Positions 52,592 to 63,995 of a stretch of 64,000 nt of DNA are shown here, one piece after another (position 1 is the first letter of the stretch; each line of letters starts with the position of its first letter). The position numbers were made by a program, and so were the translations under genes. Under the pieces are notes generated by a model. It searched no databases, had not been told where the DNA came from, and saw only the letters and a list, made by a program, of their open reading frames with translations. The stretch comes from an uncultured Calditrichaceae bacterium (lineage in GTDB: Bacteria > Calditrichota > Calditrichia > RBG-13-44-9): positions 149 to 64,148 of the forward strand of contig CAYLYM010000007.1 of the NCBI GenBank assembly GCA_964387645.1. The letters are read 5' to 3'.

Positions 52592-52933
52592 TAACATTAA
52601 TACATTAAAATGTTGTCTTTGGCTTAAAAATTCCCTCCGATTTTAACAAATTTAGTTTTATTCAGCCTGAAAATATTCTTTTTGACCTGAAAAATTTTAA
52701 AGCCGAAATTTTTATGATTTATCATTTTTATTCAACATTATTTAATGACATTCGACCAGGTAAAAATGCCGGAAAAAAATCTACAAATCTAGATTGAAGT
52801 TTGGATCTTGCTGAATTAGAATAGTGTGGTTATTTTAAAATTCACGGATTTTACGAAAAACATTAAAATTAACTTTCGTAAGTTCAAAATTTGTTTAAGG
52901 AATCATCAGACTATAGATAAATTGATTTGTTTA

Positions 52934-54706
52934 ATGAGAGTATTAAGGTTCCATTTTATCTACGTCTTCTTTTTTTGTGCAAGCATCCTTGCGCAAAGCA
53001 GCTCATACCAAATTTATTTGAATAAAGATAATATTAGTTGGAATTGGCAGGGGCAGCTTAGTTTTGTTACTGGCCAAAATGGTAAAAGACGTTTTCATTT
53101 TCAAAATACTTTCGTAAGTAACCTATTCAGAGAAAAAGGTCTGGATAAAAAATGGAAGGACGAGAATAACTTAGATATTGGGTTGGAAATTCCATTAAAT
53201 TCAAAACTTACAATTGAATCAATAATTAAGTCTCATATTTTTTCAGATGAAAATTCCTTTGTTAAATTTAGTAAACATCTTTTGTTACAGGAATTTCAAT
53301 ATACACCTTATTCAAATGTCAGTATTGCACCGGTACTTGGATGGGCATCGGAAGATATTTATAGTTTTAAAGATCAGGGTTGGTTTACCCAAATACAAGG
53401 AAGCATTGATGATATGGACCTTGGGGGATATATCAATAATACAGATCTGTTAAGCGCAATTTATCATTTTCCAGGGCGAAAGAATCAAGAACACCGTTAT
53501 TATGTCTCGTTCAATAAACACTTTTCTCAATTTGCCAGCGATTCTATTCGGGTCGGTTATGAATTTATGGACAATTCTTATCATCTATCCCAAAGTGGGA
53601 AAATAGAAAATGTAGAAATTAATGCTCGTTTTTTATATAATCAGCTCAATTATAACATTAGTAAAAAATCTTTTTTGAAGGTTGAGACAAAGGTTCAAAA
53701 TCGTGATATCAGCCAGAGCAATCCATCTTTACTTAATCATCGCCAGGAAATTAATTTATCGAACCGTGTTATTCTTGAGTGGCGAGGAGAAAAAATTCAC
53801 CCAAGATTTGCTTTTTTTACCAGCCAGGTAACCAATCTGGCGGCGCGCCAGACTACAGACCGACCAGAATCACGTACCGATTGGGAAGGACTTCAAGCTG
53901 CTTTCAATTTTAGTACACTCTGGAGAGCTTCGCAAACGGATAATTTAAATTTAACCTTTTCATATACTAAATACGAATATTCATCCCCTGATACAACGCA
54001 AAGTATTGACGAAGATGATCTACGTTTTCTGTTCGATTTAAAATGGTTTCACCACTTCAGTCAATATTTTTCTTTGGAATTTGATGTAAATCTTTACTGG
54101 TACCATCAAATTTACATATATGCCAGCCGTTCAGCTAATAATAATTGGAATCGTATTTTTCAAATGGGACCTTCGTTTCGATTCAAAATTCCTGAAGTTC
54201 TTGAACATTCCAATCGCTTTAAAATTCTGGCTAATTATACAGTTTATGATTTTGATGATTTACTCCCCAAGGTTCGCAGTTTTATTTTTCGTAAAATGAT
54301 ATTTAGCGATTCTCTGAGTTTAAAATTAAGTAAAGGATTGAAATTAGTAACTTTTTACCAGCTCGAAAAGGAAGATGACGGTACATTCTTTAAAAATATC
54401 TTTGCTCAACAAATTGGAAGAGAACTTACCAGTCATTTTATTGATGTTCGTCTGGTGTATCTTAGATTAAAAGGATTGCGGTTTTCAACTGGGATGAGTT
54501 GGTTCTTCCGAAAGGAATGGAGTTTTTATCCGGAAAAGCGAATCAGTCGGGATTATCGTGATTTTAGTCCCAAATTGACTATATTATATTCTTTAGGACC
54601 TCGATTATTGTTGCATATCGCTTTTGCTCCAAAGGTATACCGCGATTTACATATCTGCAGGCAATACTTTGCTACTGGAAAGATAAACTTGAGATATACC
54701 TTTTAA
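52934..54706 (+). CDS. Hypothetical outer-membrane beta-barrel protein
   Basis: The internal Met at 52934 gives the signal peptide MRVLRFHFIYVFFFCASILAQSS. Amphipathic beta-strand pattern and a C-terminal ...LRYTF. Confidence 0.4.
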   Translation: MRVLRFHFIYVFFFCASILAQSSSYQIYLNKDNISWNWQGQLSFVTGQNGKRRFHFQNTFVSNLFREKGLDKKWKDENNLDIGLEIPLNSKLTIESIIKSHIFSDENSFVKFSKHLLLQEFQYTPYSNVSIAPVLGWASEDIYSFKDQGWFTQIQGSIDDMDLGGYINNTDLLSAIYHFPGRKNQEHRYYVSFNKHFSQFASDSIRVGYEFMDNSYHLSQSGKIENVEINARFLYNQLNYNISKKSFLKVETKVQNRDISQSNPSLLNHRQEINLSNRVILEWRGEKIHPRFAFFTSQVTNLAARQTTDRPESRTDWEGLQAAFNFSTLWRASQTDNLNLTFSYTKYEYSSPDTTQSIDEDDLRFLFDLKWFHHFSQYFSLEFDVNLYWYHQIYIYASRSANNNWNRIFQMGPSFRFKIPEVLEHSNRFKILANYTVYDFDDLLPKVRSFIFRKMIFSDSLSLKLSKGLKLVTFYQLEKEDDGTFFKNIFAQQIGRELTSHFIDVRLVYLRLKGLRFSTGMSWFFRKEWSFYPEKRISRDYRDFSPKLTILYSLGPRLLLHIAFAPKVYRDLHICRQYFATGKINLRYTF

Positions 54707-54974
54707 TAGAGTGCCATAGTTAAATAATTTATAATTCTATTTCAACCTATATTCTGTTATTAATATAATTTTCTCAACATTTTAAAAAGAAAAAATTTTG
54801 AACCTTGTAATTATTACTTAATTTTACATTTGCTCGGTTTTTTTCTAAAGGATTAAATTTAAACTTAAATAAAGGATATTATTATATGTGGATGTTAAGC
54901 AAGATTATTGTTATAGCGAAGAACAATTTTTTTCTAATTCAAATTTTAAAATTGATCTAATTCCGGGGTTATAA

Positions 54975-57900
54975 ATGAGATATTTCATAATACTTTTTGG
55001 GATTATTCTTCCTGTATCTCTTTTAGCAAGCATAAAAGTTGTCGATCAGTCAAGTAACTTTGTTTCAGTACAAGTTGACATAAGCAATCTAAAAGAATTT
55101 CCAATCGAAATTAATGGTAAAAGATATTCATTTTTCCAGTTCGATGGTGGTATCGTTGAAGAGGAGGCTGGTAGACCTGCTTTACCTTATTTTAGTACAC
55201 GACTCGCAGTTCCGCCAAATGCGAATGTTTCTTATAAACTTGCCATTTTGCAACAAGAAATCAGATATGATACGGATGTAGTACCGCAGAGCAGAGTCTA
55301 TATTCGTGGGAAAGTAGCCCAGATTCCGCCAGATGAACAGGTTTATAAAAATTTTGTCCCTTATCCTTCCGAGATTGTGCAAATTGGCCAACCTTACAGC
55401 TTTCGTGGCATCAATGTAGTAGGTCTGAAGGTATATCCTATTCAATATTTTCCCGGAGAACATCGTGTTGTTATTATTAAGAAATTAAGAATAGAATTTA
55501 ACTTTAAGATGAAAAAGGGATCAGTAGTGGGGAAATCGATTCCCATCTCGAAGAAAGAGTTGAATGTTTTATCTGAAAAAATCTTGAATTACCAGCAAGC
55601 GGTAATGTATCGATTTAACAAACGGAAAGGATTGAACAAACGCTCCGTTGATTATGATTTTAGTACAGGTAAATGGTTTCGGATTCCAATTAAAGAGGAG
55701 GGAATATATCAAATTACTGGAGCTTTTCTGAAGTCAAAAGGTATTGATATAGGTTCGATTCAGTTAGCTAATATTCATATGTATAATTATGGTGGTTTAC
55801 CTTTACCTTATAATGTGAATGTTCCTCGTCCAGACGATCTGAACGAGATTGCTATAGAAGTGGTGGACGCTCAGAATAATGGCCAGATGGATGAAGATGA
55901 TAAAATTATATTTTTTGGCCGAGGTCTTGGAAATTGGCAATTTAACCCCAACTCACTAAGCTGGGAATATCAAGAGTTTCCATATGACGATACTAATTAC
56001 TACTTACTTTCGATTGATAATCGCCCCGGGAAGAGAGTTCTAAAACAAAATTCACCTCAATTACCCAACCCGGAGATTCCAACAAGCTTTACAGATTATT
56101 TCAGATTTGAAGAGGATCGATACAATATTTTGTCTTCGGGATTGGATTGGTATTGGTTAAAGTTGAGCGGTTTGAATGATAAGAAAACTGCTGAATTAGG
56201 ACTTCCTAAGAACTTAGCCGATGGACAGACCAAATTGTTATTTCGATTTAAAGGAGGATCGGGTAGCTTTTATGGAGACAACGAGCCCTACCTTTATAAT
56301 CTAAAGGCAATTATTAATGGCGAAATTGTTTTCGAAAATTATTCGCTTTCTCGAAGTTACAATGGAACTAAAGTTGTAACAAGCGAAAGTCTTTTTGCGC
56401 TGAAAGGTGGTAATAATTTGTTGGAGATTTATCATAAAGGAAATTTATCGGGGTGTGAAGTTTATTTAGATTTTATTGAAATAACATTGCAACGACCCTT
56501 TATTGCGGAAGATAATAAATTGCACTTTCGGAATCTGATTGGTAATAATAAACCGGTAGAATATCGTATCACCGGTATGCCAGCGGGTACTAATGTTGTT
56601 TATGATATTTCAGATTTTGCAAATGTAAAAAAAATTGAACCTATCCAGAATGGGCAAACAGTGATTTTTCAGGATGTAGCTGCTGAGCTGAAAGCAGCTG
56701 AATATTACGTTTTTTCATCCGAAAGTATTCAAGATGTGGAAGAGATTGAACCTGTTGAAAATCATCCCAATCTCCGAGATCCCTCTCGCAAAGCAGAATT
56801 TATAATCATTACTCCTGATGAGTTTTATGATGCGGCTCAATTCCTTGAAGACTGGCGGGAGACCCAGGTCCTGAATCCTTTGCAAACTGAACGTATCCGA
56901 TTGAGTGAAATTTTTCTGGAATTTTCTTCTTCGGTACGTGATGTAACCGCTATTCGAGATTTCCTTAAATATGTTTATGAAAACTGGAGTGATACTTTAC
57001 AATACGTTTTACTTTTTGGTGATGGGCATTATGATTACAGGCAAATTCTATTAAAAGACCAGCCTAATTTCATTCCCCCGTTTGAAATCAGCAACATCAG
57101 TGAAGTAGATAGTAGAGAAACAGATAATTATTATGTAGCGTTCGGAATGAATGACAATTTGAATAATATTGATCCCTGGCTTCCCATTGCCCGTTTACCT
57201 GTGAATAGTATAGAGCAGATTGATGTATATCGAGAAAAAGTTGAAAAATATCGTTATTCTTACCTATATAATCCTGAACGTAACGGTTGGCAAACCTGGG
57301 TTACTCTGGTTGCTGACGATCAGTATGGGGGTATTGGCTCAAATAATGAATGGTTCCATGTTCAACCAACCGAAGAATTGAATAAAAAATACATTCCGAA
57401 AAAGTTTAATAGGACGAAAATTTATTTGCATGATTATGAACAGGTTGCAGGTGGATTAGGCCGCTGGAAGCCAAAAGCGACCGAAGACCTGGTGGCTCAG
57501 ATCAATCGAGGAACGCTTCTGATTAATTATTTTGGACATGGTGATTCGGATACCTGGGCACATGAGTCAGTTTTGAATCGCAGTAGAGATTTACCAAAAT
57601 TTCAAAATAACTTCAGGTTGCCGTTATGGGTGGCAGCAACCTGTACCTGGGGGAAATATGATGATCCAAATCATACTTCAATGAGCGAAGAACTTATTTG
57701 GTTACCTGAGAAAGGGGGGATTGCAGTAATTTCTGCGAGTCGTCCAGTTTTTGTTTTTTCTAATGTGCAATTTGCGAAGGATTTTTATTGGCACCTTTTT
57801 CGAGGTAAATCAGAAAATCTTCCAAGCTGTTTATTGGGAGATGCAATTTACCTGGCAATGAGAGGCCAGGGTTCCAGGAATTACCAAAAGTTTCATCTAT

Positions 57901-58961
57901 ACGGTGATCCCACCATGCGGTTAGCTGACCCAGAACATGTTATAAAGATTATTTCAATTTTACCAGACACTCTTAAAGCTTTATCAACTGTGACGGTGGA
58001 AGCAGTTGTTACAGATAAATTTGGCTTTCGCTTGACGAATTTCGATGGTAAAGCGATTATCCAATGTTTTGATGCAGTAGATAGTTTATATATTGCTCCA
58101 GCAGATTTGCAATATAATTACCATGGTGGAACTATATTCAAAGGTATAGTTACGGTTGAAGATGGTTATATTTCCGGTAGTTTTATTGTACCTAAGTCTA
58201 TAAAATATAAAAATGCTGCTACGGGGCGAATAAACATCTATGCCTGGAACCAGGATACTGATGCGGTAGGATTTGTTGATACACTCCTCTTTTTCGGTTC
58301 TGAAAGCCAGATAACCGATACTGAAGGTCCGGAAATTGATGTTTCTTTTAAAGAAATGCCTGATTTCTTTGATGGGGATTTTGTAAATATTCAGCCAACA
58401 TTGGTGGTTGAACTGAGAGATGAAAATGGTATTAATTTAACTGGAGAAGTAGGTCACCGAATTGAGCTTATTATCGATGAAAAGTTGAAAAAAGATGTTA
58501 CGGAATTTTTCGTTTATGAAACAGATAGTTACCAGAGCGGCAGGTTAGAATATACGCTACCGCCGCTTCCTGAAGGAGTGCACCAGTTAAAGATTTCTTC
58601 CTGGGATAATCTAAATAATTATTCCGAAAAAGTAGTAACTTTTCGGACGAGCTCTGCAGATAAACTAACTTTAACAGAAGTTGTTAACTTTCCAAATCCT
58701 TTTAGTAATGATACTTATTTTACTTTTCAGTTAGTATCGCCAGTTGGAGAAGCAGAAGTCATCATCAGTGTTTATACCTTGACTGGACGTAAAATTCAAG
58801 AAATTCGAGATGTTGCAAGACCTGGCTTCAATAGAATTTATTGGGATGGTCTGGATTGGGATGGTGATGTGATTGCTAATGGTGTTTACATTTATAAGAT
58901 TGTTGTAGACGATGGCGAAAACCGTGTGGAGAAGATTGAAAAATTGGCAATTGTGAGATAA
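54975..58961 (+). CDS. Peptidase C25 (gingipain-like) family protein with T9SS-type C-terminal domain; possible PorU-like T9SS sortase
   Basis: Signal peptide. Catalytic region FGHGDSDTWAHE (His) and WVAATCTWGKYDD (Cys), as in C25 peptidases. C-terminal ~80 aa are beta-sandwich CTD-like (...GVYIYKIVVDDGENRVEKIEKLAIVR). 1328 aa. Confidence 0.6.
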   Translation: MRYFIILFGIILPVSLLASIKVVDQSSNFVSVQVDISNLKEFPIEINGKRYSFFQFDGGIVEEEAGRPALPYFSTRLAVPPNANVSYKLAILQQEIRYDTDVVPQSRVYIRGKVAQIPPDEQVYKNFVPYPSEIVQIGQPYSFRGINVVGLKVYPIQYFPGEHRVVIIKKLRIEFNFKMKKGSVVGKSIPISKKELNVLSEKILNYQQAVMYRFNKRKGLNKRSVDYDFSTGKWFRIPIKEEGIYQITGAFLKSKGIDIGSIQLANIHMYNYGGLPLPYNVNVPRPDDLNEIAIEVVDAQNNGQMDEDDKIIFFGRGLGNWQFNPNSLSWEYQEFPYDDTNYYLLSIDNRPGKRVLKQNSPQLPNPEIPTSFTDYFRFEEDRYNILSSGLDWYWLKLSGLNDKKTAELGLPKNLADGQTKLLFRFKGGSGSFYGDNEPYLYNLKAIINGEIVFENYSLSRSYNGTKVVTSESLFALKGGNNLLEIYHKGNLSGCEVYLDFIEITLQRPFIAEDNKLHFRNLIGNNKPVEYRITGMPAGTNVVYDISDFANVKKIEPIQNGQTVIFQDVAAELKAAEYYVFSSESIQDVEEIEPVENHPNLRDPSRKAEFIIITPDEFYDAAQFLEDWRETQVLNPLQTERIRLSEIFLEFSSSVRDVTAIRDFLKYVYENWSDTLQYVLLFGDGHYDYRQILLKDQPNFIPPFEISNISEVDSRETDNYYVAFGMNDNLNNIDPWLPIARLPVNSIEQIDVYREKVEKYRYSYLYNPERNGWQTWVTLVADDQYGGIGSNNEWFHVQPTEELNKKYIPKKFNRTKIYLHDYEQVAGGLGRWKPKATEDLVAQINRGTLLINYFGHGDSDTWAHESVLNRSRDLPKFQNNFRLPLWVAATCTWGKYDDPNHTSMSEELIWLPEKGGIAVISASRPVFVFSNVQFAKDFYWHLFRGKSENLPSCLLGDAIYLAMRGQGSRNYQKFHLYGDPTMRLADPEHVIKIISILPDTLKALSTVTVEAVVTDKFGFRLTNFDGKAIIQCFDAVDSLYIAPADLQYNYHGGTIFKGIVTVEDGYISGSFIVPKSIKYKNAATGRINIYAWNQDTDAVGFVDTLLFFGSESQITDTEGPEIDVSFKEMPDFFDGDFVNIQPTLVVELRDENGINLTGEVGHRIELIIDEKLKKDVTEFFVYETDSYQSGRLEYTLPPLPEGVHQLKISSWDNLNNYSEKVVTFRTSSADKLTLTEVVNFPNPFSNDTYFTFQLVSPVGEAEVIISVYTLTGRKIQEIRDVARPGFNRIYWDGLDWDGDVIANGVYIYKIVVDDGENRVEKIEKLAIVR

Positions 58962-59309
58962 TTTTAGATAGAAAGCTTTTACATAACAGTCGCAAATGTA
59001 CAAAGATTTTTCGTAAAATAATTTTGAAATATAAAATAGCCATAAATATTTATTCCACATTCTATAATTTTTCAAAGCTTTCATATAATAATTTTGCTCT
59101 ATAAAGATAGCATATGCAAAAATTTTATTTTCCAATAAGATCTGTGGAACTTTACCGTAGTATTTTTTATGCTATTTACAAAGTTATGTCTGGTCAGTCG
59201 GTTGGAACGAGATAAATATCCCGACTTGTCGGGAAGATACTCATCCTATGAATTTGAAAGACTTTAGAAAAACAATTTTTCGAAATTAAAATGAGAGATA
59301 ATAGTTATT

Positions 59310-60452
59310 TTATTTATTATTGTTTAAGAGAATATTTCCATTTTTTTCTTTTAAAAGGTTGTTTACAATATATTTATAATCGCCTGGTTTTTCCCTGGCC
59401 CAGGCGCGCTGACGCAGGTAACTGGGACCTGAATCGATAATCTCGGGTATTACTTTAAGATAATCGTGTAAATAAGTAATATTTTGTTGTTTACCGAATG
59501 TTACCATTTCTTCATACAAGCTTTGAACTTCATCTTTTAAGCTTCTGGTATTTCCTTTATTATCTAGAATAATTTTTCCCATAATGCCGTAGCGAGCTGC
59601 TCGCCATTTGTTTTCTTCCAAAATCCATCGTTCAACATGTTGGATTTTACCGTTTTGTTTAAATTCTATATCAAATTTACGTATAAGCGAGTAAATCATT
59701 GCGGTTAAACCAAGATTTTCTTTTAAAGTGGGCATGGCATCGCAAATACGTACTTCAATCGTGCCAAAAATCGGATGGGGACGAATGTCCCACCAAATAT
59801 CCCTAACGGTGTCGATAGAATTGGTTTTAATCAGTTGATGTACTAATTGACTGTAATTATCCCAGTTGTCGAAATAATAAGGGATGCCAGCATTAGGAAG
59901 TTCCTCAAATATTTTAATTCGAGTAGTAGCCAGGCCGGTGTCGAAACCATTCCAAAAAGGAGAACTGGCTGAGAGGGCAATTAAGTGGGGTAAATACCAT
60001 GTTAATCGATTCATAATGTAAATAGCTTTATCGGCATCATCTATTCCCACATGTACGTGAAGGCCAAAAATAAGAAATTGTCGAACTGGCCATTGTATTC
60101 TGCTCAGCAAATTCTGATATCTTTCTCGGCGAGTAATTTGTTGATATTGCCAATTTGAAAAAGGATGGCAACCGGAAATTAGAATTTTGAGATTATTTTC
60201 TTTCGCAATTTTTTCAACAATTTCCAGGTTATGGTTTAAAGCAGATTCCAGTTCTTCCAGGTTTTCACAAATTGGTGTATTGATTTCGAGAGTAGAGTTA
60301 AATAGTTCCGGTTTGAACATTATATTGCCTTGTAGCTGGGATAAAATAATACCTGCTCCGTTGACCAGTTCGCCAGTCCGGGGACTTATTGTTTGCACTT
60401 CGAGTTCGAGACCAAGCGTGCCGAATTTGGATGAATTAAATTTGATGTACAT
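59310..60452 (-). CDS. Glutamate-cysteine ligase family 2 / carboxylate-amine ligase (YbdK-like)
   Basis: LGLELEVQ N-terminus, plus the GLHVHVGI and GTIEVRICD motifs. Confidence 0.7.
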   Translation of the reverse strand: MYIKFNSSKFGTLGLELEVQTISPRTGELVNGAGIILSQLQGNIMFKPELFNSTLEINTPICENLEELESALNHNLEIVEKIAKENNLKILISGCHPFSNWQYQQITRRERYQNLLSRIQWPVRQFLIFGLHVHVGIDDADKAIYIMNRLTWYLPHLIALSASSPFWNGFDTGLATTRIKIFEELPNAGIPYYFDNWDNYSQLVHQLIKTNSIDTVRDIWWDIRPHPIFGTIEVRICDAMPTLKENLGLTAMIYSLIRKFDIEFKQNGKIQHVERWILEENKWRAARYGIMGKIILDNKGNTRSLKDEVQSLYEEMVTFGKQQNITYLHDYLKVIPEIIDSGPSYLRQRAWAREKPGDYKYIVNNLLKEKNGNILLNNNK

Positions 60453-60548
60453 ACAAATAACATAAGGTGTATCAAGTATAAAATCTGTAATTATAATAGT
60501 TTTTATAATAATAATTCTCTATTATAAAAGCAAATAAATTTCACCTGT

Positions 60549-61577
60549 TTAAAATTTTTTTAATTTATCATTGACTACATTTAGCATTATGGATTTGGCT
60601 CTATTTGGCAAGAAGGCGCTTTTGAATCCGTCTAATATAATGGATTTTATATCATCCAGATTTAAATTTAAATATTTTGCTGCTAAATAGAGTTCTTTTG
60701 TAACTGTTGTATCAGATACCAGCCGATTGTCTGTATTTAGAGTAATTCGCAAACCGTAATCATAATAAAACCGGAAAGGATGTGTTTCGTAGGAAGAAGC
60801 AGCACCGGTCTGGATATTGCTGGTAAGACAGGCTTCGATAGGAATGCGGTGATCATTTACAAAATTAAGTAAATCGCCGTCTTCATATAGACGTGTACCA
60901 TGTCCAATACGATGCGTACCACAAGAATGAATAGCCTGATGAATACTCTCAGGTCCATAAGCTTCACCTGCATGAGCAGTGGTATTAATATTGTTTTTGC
61001 GGATTATATAGAAAGCTTCTTTGTGGTTTTCTGCGGGATAGTTCTCTTCCTGTCCTGCTAAATCAAATCCGACCACGCCCTTGTTTTTGTAAGCTACCGA
61101 TAGTTCTGCTAATATCAACGAAGTTTCAGGATTAATATTACGCATTCCACAAATGATGATACCGGTTTTGATATTGAATTTTTTTTCTGCATCCTGTAAT
61201 CCTTCGATGACAGCGTCCACAATGGTTGTTAGTTTCAATCCTCGACGAATGTGTAATATTGGAGAAAATCGCACTTCCATGTACCAGACATTTTCTTCTG
61301 CAGCATCTTCGGCAAGCTCATAAGCAATTCTATAAAGAGCTTCCAGTTCTTGCATCACTGACAAAGTGATATCAAAGCCCTGTAAATATTCGGCAAGATT
61401 TTTACAATATTTCCCACTCATTACATATTTTTCTAATTCAAGAGGATCGAAGGTTGGTAATTCAACATTTTGTTTTCTCGCCAGGTCGATTAGGGTAGAA
61501 ATTCGTAAAGAACCATCTAAATGGACATGTAAATCAGTTTTGGGAAGCTCCTTTAAAATTTCTATGGGAATTTCCAT
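60549..61577 (-). CDS. add: Adenosine deaminase
   Basis: Metal-binding LPKTDLHVHLDGSL motif, plus HAGE and SLNTDD motifs. The internal ATG at 61577 is preferred over the track start at 61622. Confidence 0.85.
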   Translation of the reverse strand: MEIPIEILKELPKTDLHVHLDGSLRISTLIDLARKQNVELPTFDPLELEKYVMSGKYCKNLAEYLQGFDITLSVMQELEALYRIAYELAEDAAEENVWYMEVRFSPILHIRRGLKLTTIVDAVIEGLQDAEKKFNIKTGIIICGMRNINPETSLILAELSVAYKNKGVVGFDLAGQEENYPAENHKEAFYIIRKNNINTTAHAGEAYGPESIHQAIHSCGTHRIGHGTRLYEDGDLLNFVNDHRIPIEACLTSNIQTGAASSYETHPFRFYYDYGLRITLNTDNRLVSDTTVTKELYLAAKYLNLNLDDIKSIILDGFKSAFLPNRAKSIMLNVVNDKLKKF

Positions 61578-61815
61578 ATTGACCTTACAATTTTGTCGAA
61601 TCTTTGAAAAATTATTTTGCATTAACTCATTTATTCTACCATCGAATTTATTCGATGGTAATACGATTATTCAAATCCTTTGAAGCAAGTTTTTAAAATG
61701 TATTATTTGCCAATTTTAATCTATGAAAAATGATAAAAGATACTTAAAAATTTAATTACCTTTTTTGATTGGAACAAAAGCCTCTTTTTGATATGTTTTT
61801 TCCTATTTGATTAAT

Positions 61816-62658
61816 TTACTTTAGTTCCAATTCAGGTTTATGAGAAGTATCCGGTACAATTTTCATTAAATTTTCTTCAAGTTTTGGTTTAGTAGTATCT
61901 CCTGATCGAAAGTTCTGTCCTTCTTTGGGTGGTGTTTTCGATTTAGAAGTACTATCTGGGGTTTCGGTAATTTTTTCTTCTTCAATTTGTGGTTGTGTAT
62001 CTGATGTACTTTCATTTAATACATTCAAAAGAGCCTGGTGGAATTCCTCTAAGCGTTGTTTTGCCAATTGAGCCCACTTTGTTTCTGGATAATTATGAAT
62101 AGTAGCTTTAAATGCCAGTACTGCATCTTTAAAATTGTGCGTGGCGATGTTTAATTCGCCTATACGGTACTGAGCGTAGGCTTTAGCTTCTTTATCATTA
62201 CTATTAGGATAATAAATAGCTTTCTGGTAAAATTCGATAGCCTTTTGATAATCCTGCTCTTCATCCGAAAAGCCCGCAATGGAAGATATTCCTGCATTAA
62301 CTTCATAGTATTTTGCAATTTCATTATATATTTCGGGTATTCGTGAAGGAATGATATTTTCACTCACCAGATGATATAATAAATCCATTCCTTTCTCATA
62401 TTCTCCCATATCATTGTAACAACGGCTAAGGCCAATTACAGCATCTACATATTCCCGTCTGGTGGGATATCGGTTATATATGAATCCATAGGCTCTGAAG
62501 GCTTCTTCTAAATTGCCTTCATTATATAATTTGTTTGCCTGTTGTAAAAGTTCTGTAGGATTGTATTCTTCTTGGGTTGGTTTTACAGCGGTTTCTTTTT
62601 TACTGCAGGTAAGAAAAAGAATGGTAACCATAACAATGATTATAAAATTTTTTTTCAT
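61816..62658 (-). CDS. TPR-repeat lipoprotein
   Basis: Lipoprotein signal (LFLTCSKK). Several TPR-like helices. Pro/Thr/Ser-rich C-terminal tail. Confidence 0.5.
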   Translation of the reverse strand: MKKNFIIIVMVTILFLTCSKKETAVKPTQEEYNPTELLQQANKLYNEGNLEEAFRAYGFIYNRYPTRREYVDAVIGLSRCYNDMGEYEKGMDLLYHLVSENIIPSRIPEIYNEIAKYYEVNAGISSIAGFSDEEQDYQKAIEFYQKAIYYPNSNDKEAKAYAQYRIGELNIATHNFKDAVLAFKATIHNYPETKWAQLAKQRLEEFHQALLNVLNESTSDTQPQIEEEKITETPDSTSKSKTPPKEGQNFRSGDTTKPKLEENLMKIVPDTSHKPELELK

Positions 62659-62681
62659 ATTACTCCTCCTTAGGCATATAT

Positions 62682-63995
62682 CTAATAATCACTTATTCGC
62701 TCAACGAATTGATGGATTTGATTCCATGTACTCTGGATAATTTCATCAGATGAATCATACTGAATTAGTTGGTCGAAAACAACCCATTTACCATCGATCA
62801 TCACATGTTTCACATCGGAGGCATGAGCAGAGTATACAATTTGAGAATAAATATTATCGGCTGGAATACTGTGAATTTTATTCAAATCCATAACTACTAA
62901 GTCTGCTTTTTTCCCGGGCTCTAAGCTTCCAATGAATGCTTCTAAACCCAGGGCTTTAGCGCCACCAAGATTTGCCATATCGAATATTTGTTGAGCCGAA
63001 GTTGATTTAATTCCTTCTTTATGTTTTTGAATTAAAGCCGATAGTCGCATTTCCATAAATATATCCAGATTATTATTACAGGGTGCTCCATCGGCTCCTA
63101 AACTTACATTAATACCTCTCCTTATAAACTTTGGCACTGGAGCGATTCCAGAACCTAATTTCAAATTAGCTGAAGGACAATGTAAAACTTGAATTCCGGT
63201 CTCTGCCATCATTTGTATTTCCGGGTCAGAAACCCAAATACAATGGGCTAAACAGAGACGTGAAGATGCAATTTCTTTTTTTACAAAAAACTCTATGTTC
63301 TGGTAACCTGTTAAAGATTTAACAAGTTCTAATTCTTTACGATTCTCTGCAGCATGTGAATGTATAATCAAACCATATTTGTCTGAAAGTTCTTTAACTC
63401 CCTTCCAGAGTTCTGCGCTGCAACTTGGAACAAAACGGGGCGCGAGAGCATATTGAATGCGTGAATTATCTGTACCGTGCCATTTTTTGATTAATTCTTC
63501 CGTTGAATACAAACAGCTTTGTGTATCTTCTCGATAAGGATGGTCACCGCTATCCATCATGACTTTGCCACTGAAACCACGTATACCACTTCGCAGCATT
63601 TCTTTAAAAATAATATCTTGATAATAAGCATTACCCATATCTAAAATACAAGTTGTTCCTCCTAATAATAATTCTGCCAGTCCAAGTCTGGCTGAAATGC
63701 TCAGTGACTCCGGAGTATGGGACATCTCAAATGGCCAGATACGTTTCTCTAACCAATCTAATAATTCTAAATCGTCTGCTAAATTGCGAAACAGTGTTTG
63801 ACAGAGATGAACATGTGTTTGAACGAATCCGGGAATAATAACTAATCCCGAAAAATCGAAAATTTTATGATTATTGTCTGAGATAATGCTATCGATCTTT
63901 TTAATGGTATCGTTCTCTATTAAAATATCTCCTTTTAAAATCTCACGGTTGGAATTTTGAGTCACGATCAGCCCATTTTTTAGAAATATTCCCAT
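62682..63995 (-). CDS. Amidohydrolase-superfamily deaminase (MtaD/SAH-MTA deaminase or guanine-deaminase-like)
   Basis: Metal-binding FVQTHVHLCQT (HxH) and downstream His/Asp ligands. Adjacent to add. Confidence 0.7.
   Translation of the reverse strand: MGIFLKNGLIVTQNSNREILKGDILIENDTIKKIDSIISDNNHKIFDFSGLVIIPGFVQTHVHLCQTLFRNLADDLELLDWLEKRIWPFEMSHTPESLSISARLGLAELLLGGTTCILDMGNAYYQDIIFKEMLRSGIRGFSGKVMMDSGDHPYREDTQSCLYSTEELIKKWHGTDNSRIQYALAPRFVPSCSAELWKGVKELSDKYGLIIHSHAAENRKELELVKSLTGYQNIEFFVKKEIASSRLCLAHCIWVSDPEIQMMAETGIQVLHCPSANLKLGSGIAPVPKFIRRGINVSLGADGAPCNNNLDIFMEMRLSALIQKHKEGIKSTSAQQIFDMANLGGAKALGLEAFIGSLEPGKKADLVVMDLNKIHSIPADNIYSQIVYSAHASDVKHVMIDGKWVVFDQLIQYDSSDEIIQSTWNQIHQFVERISDY

Noticed and set aside
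59206-59232. Hairpin ATATCCCGAC-tt-GTCGGGAAGATA in the C25/ybdK intergenic region as a terminator
   Set aside because: It is an imperfect stem with no U-tract on either strand, and it lies 250 nt from the nearest stop codon. Not convincing as a terminator.
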